64,000 bases of DNA from Balamuthia mandrillaris (Eukaryota). The translations under genes and the position numbers were made by a program. Shown here in pieces: positions 35,563 to 49,800 of this stretch (positions are counted from its first letter, which is position 1; every line of letters begins with the position of its first letter). Under the pieces are notes generated by a model. That model was not told the origin of the DNA, did not search any database, and saw only the letters and a list, made by a program, of their open reading frames with translations. The stretch lies in contig JAVKOQ020000058.1 of assembly GCA_031835245.2 (NCBI GenBank), forward strand, positions 124,001 to 188,000, read 5' to 3'.

Positions 35563-36429
35563 ATGGAAGACTCGCAGGCATACAAGGTGGTGGTAATAAC
35601 AGGGGCCAGCCAGGGCATAGGCCTGACACTCGCCCAACAGCTGGCCGCCAGCAACCACCACCAAGCGGAGCAGCAGCCCAAGTACAAGCTGGTGCTGGCC
35701 GCTCGCTCACGGGAGGCCCTGGAGGAGGCGGCCAACGCTCTCAACGAACAGGTCGCCGACAAGAGCTTTGCGCCCGTGGCCGTGGCCGTGCAGGCCGACG
35801 TCAGCAAGCGGGAGGACCACAAGCGGTTGCTCCAGAGCGCCATCGATGCCTTTGGCAGGGTGGACGTCTGGGTCAACAACGCCGGTCGCGGGATCACCAA
35901 GCCGGTGCTGGAGCTCACGGACGAGGACTTTGACGACATGATGCTGGTCAACTGCAAGTCGGTGCTCTACGGCATGCAAACAGTGGTGCCCTACTTCAAG
36001 CAACAAGGCCGCGGGCACCTCATCAACGTATCCTCCGTGCTGGGCCGCCTGCCCTTCGCCTCCATCCGCTCCGCCTACAGCGCCGCCAAGCACGCCGTCA
36101 ACTCCCTCACCTGCACCATGCGGATGGACCTCCTGAGGGAGGGCTTCCAGGACATCCACGTCACCCTGTTCTCCCCAGGCGCCGTGGCCACGGACTTTGG
36201 GCTCAACGCCCTGCACGGCGGGCCGGACAACCGGCAGCTGCCTGGGGCGCAGCCCGTGGAGGAGGTGGCGGAGGCCCTGGTCGATGCCATCCGCCGCCCC
36301 CGCGCCGATGTCTACTCCAGAGAGGCCTACCGCACCGCCGTGGCGGCCTATTACTCTGCCGAGAGGGTGGAGGAGATCGAGGCCAAGCACGCCGCCAGTC
36401 CTGTGCCCATCCTTTCCACCGCAAAGTAA
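35563..36429 (+). CDS. Short-chain dehydrogenase/reductase, intronless and GC-rich
   Basis: TGASQGIG, VNNAG, NVSS, YSAAK motifs. Confidence 0.92.
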   Translation: MEDSQAYKVVVITGASQGIGLTLAQQLAASNHHQAEQQPKYKLVLAARSREALEEAANALNEQVADKSFAPVAVAVQADVSKREDHKRLLQSAIDAFGRVDVWVNNAGRGITKPVLELTDEDFDDMMLVNCKSVLYGMQTVVPYFKQQGRGHLINVSSVLGRLPFASIRSAYSAAKHAVNSLTCTMRMDLLREGFQDIHVTLFSPGAVATDFGLNALHGGPDNRQLPGAQPVEEVAEALVDAIRRPRADVYSREAYRTAVAAYYSAERVEEIEAKHAASPVPILSTAK

Positions 36430-36487
36430 ACAACATCATCCTCTTTTTTTTCACGGTTTTATAAATAATAGGTTTTTCTTCTGTGCG

Positions 36488-38291
36488 TTACTCCTGCTGT
36501 TGTTCTTGTTTTTCTTCCTTCTCTTCTGTCTGTGCTTCTTCCTTCTCTTCGGCATCACCTTGCTCTTCGGTCTTACCCTTGCCCTTGTCGCTATCGTCTT
36601 CTTCCTTCTCGGGTACTTGCGCTGCGGAAGAAGATGAAGAAGACGAGGAACCAGCGTCTTTGTCATTCGTAGTTTTTTCCTTGAGGCCAGCGCTTTCTTC
36701 ATCGGCATCCCATTGAGGAGCAAAGAGAACCTTGCCACGGCTCATGTTACCAACGTATGCAGCCAAAGCCTCGCCAAAACGCTCCAATGGATAGCATGCA
36801 CTTTGTTGCAAGCAAATAAGTCAGCATTCTGTAGTGAGATAGAGGAAGGGGAGGAGAAGAGAGTATACCTCACGTCAGACTTGAGAGTGGTGCTGAGTTG
36901 AGACTTGAGCTTTCTCATCCACAACAAAAGGCCCACCACGTTCTTGCGTTTGATGTATGGCGTCAACCAGAAGCCCTCCACTTTCTTTTCCTCAAAGATA
37001 AAGTCAGAGGGTCTTATCTTAACGGCTGCATCTGCCAGTCCTCCGTACACTTTAACAATGCTTCCTGTTGAGCATCATGATTGTTAGTTATTCATTACCA
37101 AGTTTCATCAACTATCAAGTGGACACTCGGGTGCCTCACTTGGTGGAGAAGGAGAGAGGGGTAGAGAGAGAGCACACCTCGGGGCATGTTGTGAAGAATC
37201 TGTCCTGTCAGGTCGCCAGCCACAGCATCAAAAGCAAGTTTGCATCGCAAATCTTGGCACAGCTTCTTGAAATCCTTCTCCCATCCTTTGTTTCTAATAA
37301 AAGATTCCTTTGTAAGAAGGAGAATATGAACAAACAAGTACGAGAACAAGCAGAACGTACGATGTGTTGAAAGTGGCAACGGCTCCAAGGGCCTTAAGTT
37401 CTTCAACTTGTTCCTCACGACGCACTGTGCCAATGATGCCGATGCCCTCCGTCTTGGCAGCCCTGATCAGCATTTTGCCTAAGGCGGATGCAGCGGCCGT
37501 GTGAACGATGTACTTTTGTCCAGCAGCCTTTGCGATCTCGAGGAAAGCCAATACTGTTAACGGATTTACAAACGCACTGTTCACAAAAGAAAGAAAGAAA
37601 GACAGAAACAAACGACAAGAGACAACAAGAAAGAAAAGAGACCACAGAGCAGTTAGCGTCATTTCAGATGATAACAAAAGCAAGCACAAGCGGAGGAATG
37701 TAGAACCTAGCACCAGTCTCGAAGGACACATCAGCAGGAAGGTCGACGCACTGGGTGGCAGATGCCACAACGTATTGAGACCAGGCATGAACTCCTTTGC
37801 CTCCTACCTATATTTGTTTTAATTCTTGTTTAGAAGAGACGAATAAATGGGAAAACAAAAATGGGGGGGTACTGTACAAAGGCCACACGCTTGCCTTGAA
37901 GAGACCATCCCAAGAGGCCACCTCCATTAGCAACGACAGTTCCACTGCCCTCTGCCAAAAACAAACCAGGGTCATTCAGTTTGATGGAAGAGAGAGAGAA
38001 ACTCTCTTTCGAACAAAACAACAAAAAAAAACTCTGCTTACCAAAGCCAGGAATAAGAGGAAGTCCTTCGTTGGAGGTGGAGTCGTAAGAGCCCTTGAGG
38101 CAGCCAAGGTCAGAGGGGTTGATGGGGCTGCGCTCCACCTTGACGAGGACCTCCCCGCTCTTGGGCTTGGGGACGTCCACCTCCTGCACCTTGAAGTGCT
38201 CGCTGTAGTCCTCCGCCTCTGCCGAGAATTGTCCCAGCCAGGAGGTGAGGCACAAGGCCTTCATTTTTGGTGGCACGGCGGTTGAACTCAT
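36488..38291 (-). CDS. MDR-superfamily (quinone/enoyl reductase-like) oxidoreductase with acidic tail
   Basis: PKPKSGEVLVKVERSPINPSDL, PGF/EGSGTVV, FVNPLTV, HTAAASALGKML, FDAVAG, YGGL, VEGFWL, GKVLF. Confidence 0.88.
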
Positions 38292-38692
38292 CGTAGGAGA
38301 AAAGAGTAGCAGTGCGTGGCAAACGAGTGTGGTTCTCTCGAGTCTGCTCGCTACGTTTTTTTTTTTTGTGGGGGTAATTCGTAGCTTTCCTTTTATTGCT
38401 TCGGGGAATTGTAGTTTCTTCCATTGGCGGGACAATAAATTCCCCGTCATTAGATGGAGATTTCCGTCGGCAATTCTCGGTTGTCGACACGGCCACGTCA
38501 GATTTGCCCGATAAGGGAAAACACCGGAGTTTCGCTGTCCGCCTGACCGTTTAAGGAAGAGAAAAAACCAAAAGGAAAAAAAAAGGTAAAGAAATTCACC
38601 ACTGAAGCGAGAAGCCAAAGCCCAAGCAACCAGCCCAGCCCTCCCCTCACCAAAACCTGTTTTCTTCCACGCGTACTACTGCTTCTCGAACT

Positions 38693-40445
38693 ATGGACAA
38701 AGCAAAGGAAAAAGGAATGCCCTACGGAGACTACGGTTTGTTTTTATTTATTTATTTTGGATCCCTTTATTATTTTTTTCTGGGTTGTTTATTATGGCGG
38801 AGGGGAGTTTTTCTGTTTCTCTAAACGTACCGTTCCGTTCTTTTGATCAACTATAACCTATTCCACCACACTCCCAAAAAAAAAGGATTCGGAACGCGTG
38901 CTATTCATGCTGGCCAGCCTCCTGATCCCGTAACCGGAGCTGTCATTGTTCCCATCTCCATGGCCACTACCTTTCAACAAAGCTCACCAGGCGTTCACCA
39001 GGTTCACTACATCTCTGCTACCCTTTTGCTGTTGTTGTTTCTTTGTCTTCTCCCTTTGTTTCCTCTCCAATGTGTTCTTATTTTAACCTAAAAAAAAACC
39101 AATTGTTTGTGGGCCCACCAAACCCAAACAGGGCTATGACTATTCGCGGAGTGGCAACCCTACTCGTCTCGCCTATGAGAACAACGTTGCGGCATGTGAG
39201 AATGCCAAATACGGTATATTATTCTTCTCTTCTTCTCTGTGCTTCTTTCTTTCTCTTTGTTATAGAATGCTCACTTTGATCGCTCAAAAACACAAAACCA
39301 ACTGAAACCAAAAGGTATTGCAATGTCCTCTGGCAGCGCCACAACGGTCACCATTTTGCACCTTTTGAGCAAGGACGACCACGTAGTGGCCATGGATGAC
39401 TGCTATGGCGGCACCTACCGTTATTTCACTAAAGTGGCCACTCCGATGGGCCTCAACTTCACTCTCATCGATTTTAACGTGGAAGGAGCCCTCGAAGGCG
39501 CAATCACTCCTAAAACAAAGGTTATTATCAACCTGCATTACCTTCGAACTTTCATGTTGATCTGACACGCTCTTTTTTCTCTTCCCCTCTTTCCATTGCT
39601 GAATACAGTTGATTTGGATGGAGACACCGACTAATCCAATGCTGAAGATAGTGGATATTGCTAAAGTCGCTGAAATCGCGAAGAAGAATAACTTATTGCT
39701 GGTAGTTGACAACACATTTATGTCTCCTTACTTCCAAGTACGCATTGTTGTTGTTGTTGTTGTTCTTCTTCTTCTTCTTCTTCTTCTTCTTTTTCTTCTT
39801 CTTCTGCTCCTCCTCCTCCTCCTCTCGTAAGTAACGTCCCAACCACAAAGAATCCACTGGATTTGGGAGCCGACATGGTAATGCACTCTGTCAGCAAGTA
39901 TATCAACGGTCACTCGGATGTCATTGGTGGAATCGTTTGTACTAATAACGAGCAGCTGCACACTAGACTCCGTTTTTTGCAAAATAGTATGTTTAGCTCC
40001 TTTTAATTCTACACGACGCATTTTTTGTTCTCTGCTCACTCTTTTCGTTCTCTCTTTGCTCACTCTTCCAACAACAGGCATAGGAGCCGTGCCAAGTCCA
40101 ATGGATTGCTTCCTGATTACTCGTGGCATGAAGACTCTCCATGTTCGCATGCGCCAACACGAGGCCAATGCCATAGAAATCGCCAAGTTCCTCGAGGCAC
40201 ACGACAAGATCGAAAAAGTGGTCTATCCAGGATTGCCCACTCACCCTCAACACGAACTCGCCAAGAAGCAAATGAAGGGCTTTGGTGGCATGGTCACGTT
40301 CTACGTGAAGGGTGGCTTGGAGGGAGCACGCACCCTTCTTTCTAACCTTAAAATTATTGCTTTGGCCGAGAGCTTGGGCGCTTGTGAAAGCTTGATTGAG
40401 AGCCCGTAAGCCTTATCTCTTTTCTTCGGGTTTTCTCTTTTTTGA

Positions 40446-40479
<34 letters not shown>

Positions 40480-40631
40480 AAAGGGCAATAATGACCCATG
40501 CCTCGGTCCCACCTGAGGAGCGGGCGAAGCTTGGCATTTCCGATTCTTTGTGTCGTTTGTCTGTTGGTATTGAGGACGTTGAGGACCTCCTTGCTGACCT
40601 TGCTTCTGCTCTTGATAAAGTAGAGTGCTAG
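38693..40631 (+). CDS. CTH: Cystathionine gamma-lyase (PLP-dependent transsulfuration enzyme), 8 exons
   Basis: [81 protein letters not shown]. Confidence 0.93.
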
Positions 40632-40740
40632 TACCATTTTTTTCCCTTATCAAATAAAAATCCACCAACACAAAATGAAGACTCTTTTTCGTTGAGGAAC
40701 AACCCTTTTCCATCAGCGCATAACTTTCGAACAAAGTTGA

Positions 40741-40771
<31 letters not shown>

Positions 40772-40820
40772 AGAAAGAGGGGAATAAGTTTCGGCTTTTA
40801 TTTAAACGAAGCAAAAAATA

Positions 40821-43800
40821 TTAAGAAGAGAAACAGGATGGCTCAAGGTCCACGTTCCAAACGGTGAGGGCGGCACCGCGTTGGTACCAATAGGAAGCAG
40901 GCAGAGAAGTGGGCATGCGCAGATAAATGGAGAAGAGCAGGTCCAAACGAGTGGGATTGAGATATACCGGCAACTCCACCTTGTTCTTGTGAAGAACGGC
41001 TAAGTCCACCGTCCCTTGTTGTGGTTGGGTCTCTCCGCGAGGAGGCACGTGCACCCACGTGAAACGCACGTCTGGCATGTTGGTGAACAGGTCTCTCGTG
41101 ACGGCCAACTGACCTTTCATCCAGGAAGCTCCTTCAATGCTGAGTCCATGCACTATGAAGCTGGTGCTGTCCGAAATGACTTGCTGCTCTCCCTCCTGTG
41201 ATCCATCGAGCACGTCCACATGGAGGGCAAGGTTCTCTACGGACCAACCGTGAGCACGAGCGGCTGCCTGACGAGTGGCTGTGATGAAGGCCTCGGGGAA
41301 GAACAGACCGCCCACCCAGATGGTCAGTTGCTGTTTGTTGCGTTGGCGCAGGTGATGCAACTGCTTCATGCGGCGAGTGAGATCCACCAACCAAGCATTG
41401 ACGCTAAGAGTCTCGGGTACGGCGTACATCCTCCATTCTCGGGGGATGAGGCCTTTGAGCAGATCGCTCATGATGCTGCGCAAGTAGTTGGTTTGCTTGA
41501 GCTCGCCGCGGCATGTCAGTATGGTGTTCTGTAGATCGCGACGTACTTTGACCACAAGACCAGCTCCCGCACTGAGCTCTCTTTGGAGGCAGCGAAGGAC
41601 CGGATCATGTTCGCTGGCGCCGTAATCTTCTCCTCCTTGCTCCTTTTGCTTGCCCGGCATTTGAGCGAGTTGCTCAGGCAGCAGCAACAACCACTTCTCG
41701 GCGGTCTGACTGAGAGCTATCATCCAAGCGGGGAGAGCACCAGCTACCTCCTTCTCTTTATCTGGGGACTCAGACGAAGATGCGGCCTCATCCTCTTCAA
41801 TGACTTGCATCTTCTGCAGCTTCTTGAGCATTTCCTTGCCCTTGTTGGCCAGCAACATCACCTCCGCGTTATCAGGCAGACCAAGCCATGCTGGTGTCTC
41901 GTTTTCAGGCATGCTTGCTTGCACCCACTTGATAAAGTCATCACGGCTTCGGCCATCGGGCACAGTTAGCACTTCGTCATTCTCAGCCGAAGAAGAACCG
42001 GCAGTAGAGGAAGCGAGGAGGGCATTGGTGAGCGGGAATTGAGCATCAAAGCTGTGCGGCGTGAAGAGGTGGTCGAGGAAGGAGTCAAGTAGGCGCTGAT
42101 CGAAGGGATTATCTACGCGGCCGCCATACACGGTCTGGCCAAGCAGAGTGCGAAGGGCAACCCATGGGATACGCTCAGGCGGGATGTTGGAACGGCCTTG
42201 AGCACGCAAGTCCACCCAGTAGTCCACTGTGTCGAGCGCACAGCGCAAGTCTGACTCGTTGAACTCAAACATCTTGGACCAACCGAGTGGTGCATAGCGC
42301 AAGCGCTCTTGCACCACGGCATGGAACCACGCCAGCAGGAAGTAAAGGCGGACGCGTTCAACGGGCTGCCTCTCCATTCGGTCTGGCGTTATATTGGAGA
42401 AAGTATGCAGCAGGTTGGCGCGAATGCCTGGTGGAGGCTCGAATACGAACACATGCGCCTCTCGAAGGAGACTAGTTGGGAGACGAGGATGGATCTCTGA
42501 AGTAAGGAACAAGCGGAAGGTAGGCTTGGGTTCCAGGCTGTGAAGCTTCTTCTCCAGCTGTACCAGCCACTGCGGCGCCAAGTGGATGTTCTTGAGGAGG
42601 ACCCAAGTACCCGACTTGGCGGCTGCCGCGATGGCTTTCTCCGCCAAATCGAAACCTTCTGCAGAGCCAAGAGCCAGTGACTTGCAGGCACGCTTCGTCT
42701 TGTTGACGAGCTCATCAACAAGATAGCTGGCATCATGACCGGCGCTTGAGCACAGCAGCAAAGGTGAATCGCTGCTGCTTTCCTTCTCCACAACGTGCAG
42801 CAGGTCAAGGTCTGGAATGTGAAGGAACGCCTCTCCAAACACTTTAGCGGCGTATTGGGCAGCTCCAGCCCTTAGCCTGTCCGGTCTAAGTCCCTTCAAC
42901 AATAGCAACCGCCTGAACAGAGCAATGACCTTCGAAGGAGAGGCTCCTGCGCCTTCTTGTTGAGCCTGTTCCCAGGAAGTCGGCACGTGGTGCTCCGCCG
43001 TTGGCGAGGTCAGGAAGTGCCTCCACTCTTCTTGGTTGCTGTTCATATGCTCTGCTATGCGAGCAAAGGACGGCAGCTTACGCAACTCAGAAATAAAGAC
43101 TCGCTGTGGACCCGACAGGAAGTCCAGCCCCACAGTAGCTTCGTCGCTCTTTGCGGTGCCGCCAACGTTGTGGGTGCCTTTCAACAAAAAGTCAAACTCG
43201 GTGGGATTCGCTTGGTCCGGCGAGTCTTTGAGGCGGATCTGAGTCAACCGCAGGGCAAACGTGAGCTGATCCTCATGAAGGAGACCTCTGGCCACGCGTT
43301 GGAATACCAGCTGGAACACATCGTGCATCAGCACGGAGAGGCGCTGAATGTGATCGGTCAGGCCGTCCAGGTGGTCGTTGCGCAGAAGAATGTCGTGGAA
43401 GATTCGCAAGAAGAAGTTCAACGAGAATTGATATAGGAAGTGTACGGAGGCGGTCTGCTCCAGAGCAAAATATATACCAGAACAGGCCACAGCCATTGGC
43501 ACGTACTCCTCGCTGACAGTGCTGATCTCCTGCATAACAACCTCGGTTTGAGCCATCTTGGCGGCAACGGAGGCAGCTTCGTTCTTCAAGGATTCCAACG
43601 TGCTAATGACGTGGTCATCTTCCAAAATGTTGTTGCCCTGAGAGGCATTCAAAGCATCCAACAAGGATTTCTCGAGGTTGCGCAAGCGCACCTTGAACTC
43701 GCCCTGCAGCTTGAGCAGGTCCACTCTCTTCTTGTGGACGTCGGGGCGCTCTGATTTGAGCACAGAGTGAAGGCACTGGCTCTGGAGGCTGCTAGGTGTC

Positions 43801-46800
43801 ACAGTAAAGTTCACAAAGGTGACACGGCTGCAAAGATCGGGAGTGAAGTGGGAGGTGGGATCTCTTGTAGACAAGAAGATGACAAACGAGGGAGAAAAGT
43901 CGACGTCTTGGTCGCCAAGCCTTATCAGCACGCGTCCACCGGTCTTACGAATCTCCTTGTTGAGGACTGGATTGAGAACGGGATCAATGCTTTCCACGTC
44001 TTCAACCAACAAGGGTGTGCCGAAACGAAGCGCGCTCTCCAAGTTCTTCATGAAAGAGGCATCGAGGAAGCTGGTCTTCTTGATCTTGAGGTCGGCGTAC
44101 TGTTTCATCAAGAACTCGGCAGCCTGGCCCGATGGATCGATAACCAACGGGTACCTATTGAAGCGGTGCAACATAATGGCGTTCTCCAAGCAGAGATCAT
44201 CGGCAGGCAAGGCGTTGTTTTGCCAGGAGAGGCGCTCGTCGGGTGTAGAGAGGTACTCGATGACAGAGATATCTTCCTTGAAGGCTACGCCAACAGCCTG
44301 CAGGTGAGCTTTCCATTGGTTTTGAAGGGTAGTACGGTAGTGCTGATCAAAGAAGCCAATGTAGGCTAGGAAGGCAGCGCTGATGAAAGAGTCGCCTACA
44401 ATGGTGGCCATGTGGGCCTTGAAGGTCTCACTGCTGCTCTCCCAACGATCCTTCTCCGAGTTGAGATTGTAGAGGAGGGCGGTGGATCTCTCTACCTTGG
44501 TCTTGACCGTCGCCATCTCGGCCTTGATGGCCTGAGTCTCGCTGATGAGCATGGCGTATTCGTCCTTGTAGCGGTTGATGCTAGCCTCAAGGTTGGCGAT
44601 TGTGTTCTCCATCTCTTGCTGCTTGTCCTTTAGCTCGCCGGCGGCATCTTCTAGGCTTTGCACTTCTTGGCGAAGAGGCTCCACCTTGCCCAGAATGTCG
44701 GAGTAGGACACTTGGGCGATGATCCAGGCGGCGAGAGGGCCACAGGCTTTGCTGGCGTGATTTATCGTCTCAAAGTTGAACTCGGGGTCGCTGAGATACT
44801 CCTTCTTTAAGAGGGTACGCAGTTTGGCAGAAATAGTGTTGGTGTCGAACGACACGATGTTAGAGATGAAGGACTTGTCGACGATCATACGACGAATGCC
44901 ATCCCAGGTTTGCTTCTGGTGGGTGATGAGAAGGCCAACAGCCTCCAGGGTCTTTTTGATCTTTTCAGGAGGTCTTCCCAGCACACGGATTTCCTCCAAG
45001 TGTTTTCGTTTGATGCCGGACACACTCTTCTTGGCGGCTTCGACGGCGGGCTCTGCTTTGCTAAGATCCTCGTAGGCCTTATCTTTCTTGATTTGAATCT
45101 CCTGCTCTTGCTTTTCCAACTTAAGGCGCAGCTCCTGAGCAGCTTGTCGCTGTTGCTCTGCTTCTTGCTGGTCTTTAACCATCTGCTGCAGCTTCTCATT
45201 GGCCTCAGCCTGCTTTTCCTCCAAGACCTGACTCTTCACGCGGAGACTTTGCTGCATTTCCTTGACAGCTTGTTCTGTGTCTCTAAGCTTTTGCAAGCCC
45301 ACATTGACGTGAAGCTGCTGCTCTTCTAGCTCTTCCCTCTTTTCGTTGATGAGGCGCACAAAGTGGGCGATGAAATCAAGGTAATGACGAGGGGTGACAT
45401 AGTTGGATCTGCCTTGTTGTCTAGAGAGCTGCCAGTTGGCGTCGTTAATGGTGTTGTGGACGTAGACGAGGGCGCTGATAACAGCATCGCGATGGGATGG
45501 ATGAGTAGGATTAGACAAAGGAAGGTTGGTCTCTGGGAAGAAGTCAGGAGGTTGATAGGTAGGATCATCCAGATCCACGTTCTTAGTGAACTCGGAGCCC
45601 ACTTGGAACAAAGCTGCATCGGACCACTCTCCGAACCAGTCCAACACACAACGGTTGAACAAGGCAGGAGAAGTGGCAGCTCGGTTGTGGAAGTCGGGAC
45701 TGGCAGGGTTCATCGTGAACACAATGTGAAGATTGTTACGGACCTGCAAGGTGAACCACTTGTACATCTCTTCCTCTGTGTCCAAAATAAGACCACGGTT
45801 CTGGACAGCTTCCTTGCATTGATGCATGAGTGTAGTATATTCATCACCCTCAAAGAGACCGGGCACTTCACCGCTGGCCAGCAGCGTGTTCATCCTCTCC
45901 AGGAAGCTGGATTCCAGCACGTTGGACTCGTCGAAAATGAAGCATATTTTCTCGTCAGCACAGCCCGCTCGCTTCATGACAGTTCGAAGATCGTTGTCGA
46001 AGTCTTCGGGGCTGTAGCGGTTGTTGACCTTGATGGTGAAGATGCTGAGTCCGTTCATCCACGCCACGAAGCGGGAGAGCACAGTCTTACCACCACCGCT
46101 CACACCAATAAGTAGAGCGTGTCCCTGTGGTTGACGGAACACTCGATCGATACGGAGAATGTGGTCCAACACTTCGTCAAAGATAACCAAGGGTACATCC
46201 AGCTCCTCCTCGTAGAATACCTTCAGCCTGGCCTTGACGTAATCACGGAGCTCAGCTCGTTCCACACGTACGTACTCTTTAGAGAGCCAGTTACTGAAGA
46301 GTATGGGCCTGGCCAACGCCTTCTCATCGAGGTTGGGGAAGTGCTTCATGACGATGGCGTCAATAGTCTTGTCGGTCCATTGAGCTTCTTCTCGAGTGAC
46401 CAGCCTATCCTGGAAGAGCCGCAGCCCTTCATGCACCCACAAGCGCATGAGCTCTTCCAGAGCGATACCTTCTCTTGCCTTGATGGCTGTGTAGAGGGCA
46501 CGCAACCAGCGAGACAGTTCTCTGGGACTGTAGATGTAATGGGCGTGCATATCTGGCGTGAACCGCTTCTGGGAGGTCAAATAGAACTCCACCATAGCTT
46601 CCGTGAGAGAAGCCGCCTGCGAGCGCAGAGGCGGTTGCAGCTTCATCAACGAGCGGTAGAAGGTGCCATAGATCTGAATCAACGAGGACTCGGAGGGGAA
46701 ATCAACGAGCAATAGGGGCACATGTCGCAGGAACCTGTGGGACAAGGGCACACGGCCTGCGTCTGTGGGAGGGTTGCATGCTCCCACGAACTGGATCCTC

Positions 46801-49800
46801 TCCAGGGTGATCCACTCGTGGTCTTTGTTGCCATCCGTGTTGATCTTCCAGTAGCCACCCTGCTCTGTCAGCTGTCGCATAAACGTGATGACGCGTTGGG
46901 TGCCATACGTGTCGTTGGCAGGAAGGTTGACCTCATCGCAAAACACGACCAGCCACTTGCCAACCTGCACAGGCTGCAGGACGGTTCCCTTGGGCGTATG
47001 CTTCAGCTCGCAGTGCTGCTCAAAGGTTTGCAGCAGGAGCTCTGGCGTTGTGGCGCTGGAAAAGTTGAGCGACACCATTTCAAAGTCGGGCAAGGATTTG
47101 AGGGTGCTATCTAGGGTCATGGTTTTACCGCTGCCTGGTGGGCCGCACAAGACGAGGGGTCTGTGCTCTGCCAACCAGGATCGAAGCACTTCGGTATGAC
47201 GCACGGTATCCACAGTGGGAATGACCACATCCGGTGAGGCCACCATGTGAGTCTCCACTTCGACGGTTGGCACCAAAGTGCTCCACAGGTGCCAATCTCC
47301 GTCTTCCAGAGATACCCAGTAGTCCAGCAGGGAGGGACCAGAGGGGTCTGGCATTGGCGTTGTGGCCAGGCTCATCACATGCTTGCCAAAGGCCTCCCTA
47401 TCGGAAAGACCCATGCTGCCGCCCAATCCCCACATCAGGGCATAATACAACCGGTTCGTCATATATCTCTCCAGCCGGTCCATCGGCAAGTGGAAGTCCG
47501 GGTGCTCCTGGTTGTATTGCAGTATGTTGTAGATGCCTCTGTTGATGAGAGAGAACGATGACAGCAGCGTGCGCAAGCGAGTAAAGTCCATAATGTGGGT
47601 CTGTTTTTGGGCATAGGCCATACACTTGTCCACAAGGTTACCGTTCTCGAAGAAGGGTTCCAGGATCTTGGCCACATCTCGTTGAAGGAGCAAGCCAGAA
47701 GGAGCTTCTACTTTGCCCTCGTCCAACAAAGGCTCTTGCAGCGTGGAAGAGGAACCACCAGCGGTCGGTCTTTGCTTAGTGGCGGCGGTGACCCTACGGA
47801 ACGACTCACGCTCCACTTCGTCGAGGGGCTCCCACTGAAGCCGGAGCAGGTAGTTAGTGTAGATCATCTGCGTGGTCAGCGTCTCCTCCGAGAACCAAAC
47901 CATGCCACAGCGACTGACAGTGGCTGGGGTTGCATAGCGAAGGTCCTGTACTTCGAACATGACCCGCACGTTGTCGGGCAGAGCCAGACGCTCGCCGTTG
48001 GGAAGGGTCAGCAGCTTGTTGTCATCCAGTAAACTGTTCAAATTTTCAACCCATTCAGGGTCCACATCACCGTCGAAGACGAACCAGTGTCGCTTATTGC
48101 TCTCTCCTCGCACATTATCTACTATCTTACGAAGCAAGCCCGTAAACAGACCATCCGTCCATTCTCTGGTGGTGGCATCCAAAGAGCCAAAGAGCTGCTC
48201 CTTGGTGATAGCTTTGGGATCCAACACGTAGGCCTCGGCCTTGATGCCCTCGCACCTCTCCAAAGCTTCAAGCAGCACGCGCCATGCTGAGCTCTTGCCG
48301 CTGCCGGAAGGTCCTACCATCATAACACCATGTCTTAGTATTTGGATCTGGTAAAGTTGCAACAGCTTCGCTTCCCACTCTGGGCTGACCACGAGGAAAC
48401 GTTCCTTGCAAATCTCTGCGATTTTGGCTCGCAGCTCGTCCAAACTTATTGGGTTGGGCACTGAATTGGGGAATACGTCAGACAGTAGCGCCTGGAACAA
48501 TGGAACATCACCGGCCACCAGCTTTGGAATGACGTTCTCACAGATGCTTCGCAACAGGATCTCTTGTTCAAAGGTTGTCCACTCTGACTCGCTTTCCTTT
48601 GGCTTCTCTTCTTCCCCTTCCGTTATGGTGTAAGTCTTTCGCTTGATGTTACCAGCGCTCACCAACACGCTCTTCAGAGCTCGCAATCCAAAGTCGTAGT
48701 GGCTTTGGGTGGATAGTTGCTCGCGGCAGAGGTTGAACAGTGGTACCACTTTGCTTGCTAAGCGCTCCGCCGTCTTGAAGCCTTGTGAATAAAGCATCAC
48801 CTGAGAAAGAGAGGCTGGTCAGGACCTTGATTTCTTTTTGCCTAGACTAGAGCAAGCATACCTGAGCAATCAACTCTCTGTCCGGTTGAATCATAGCAAC
48901 GCCACGGAAGAGTTGCTTAAGATTGTCCGGCAAATTAGAGCGTCCCGCATAACCTGGATTCATTGTCACGAAGATACCCTAAATAAAATTTGAGAAACAA
49001 GTTCATCACAATAAGATAACAGTTTTCACAGTGATTGAGGAGGATGTGTGTACCATGACGGGGTTGATTTTGACGGATTTGCCGATGATCTCCACTTCTT
49101 TGGCCTTCTCCTTGAGTGCCACTTGAATGCCCTGGATCTGCTGAGAGACAGCAGAGAGCATCCGCTCTTCCAGACGATTGAATTCGTCAAAGCATCCCCA
49201 CGCACCACATTGACAAAGTCCAACAAAGATACGGCCCATGGCTTGGAAGTCAAAGTTTTCATCACAACAAAATACCAAAACAAATCGACCAAGTTGAGTA
49301 CCCAACGCCTTAACTGTTTCTGTTTTGCCGGTACCGGCAGGACCGAAAGGACTGCCACCCAGACGAGCTTCCAGGGCTTGCGTTAGGGTCAAGTAGCAAC
49401 GATCCGTCAATGGGGTCTGCACAAGTCGTTCGGCCACGCCCAAGTACTCGAATCCATAAGTGAATGAGGCATTGGCCATTCGCACGGTCAATCTTTTCAG
49501 AAGCGAGTCCTTGCTAGGGTTCCAATAAAATCTCATTTCTTGGAGCCACATAAAGTCAGCGGCACTGCTTATTTTGTGCTTGATCAACTATATTAACGTG
49601 GACCAAAACAAGTGTCAGATAAGATAGTGTCAAACAAAAGCGAGCATGACTTCGAAACTAAAATACCTTTCGGATGACATCTCGTTGATGAACGCATTCA
49701 GTGATAAGGTGTTCGTGTTTTACACGCTTAGTTGGGGCGAGATCCTCTATAACGCTATCGGCCAACAGGTTCAGTTTGTTCTCAATGTTTTGCAGAACTT

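Noticed and set aside
40843..48633. Many plus-strand ORFs over the dynein exon, and antisense ORFs over the repeat and PPR genes
   Set aside because: Shadow ORFs caused by codon bias or repetitiveness of the real gene; no recognisable motifs.
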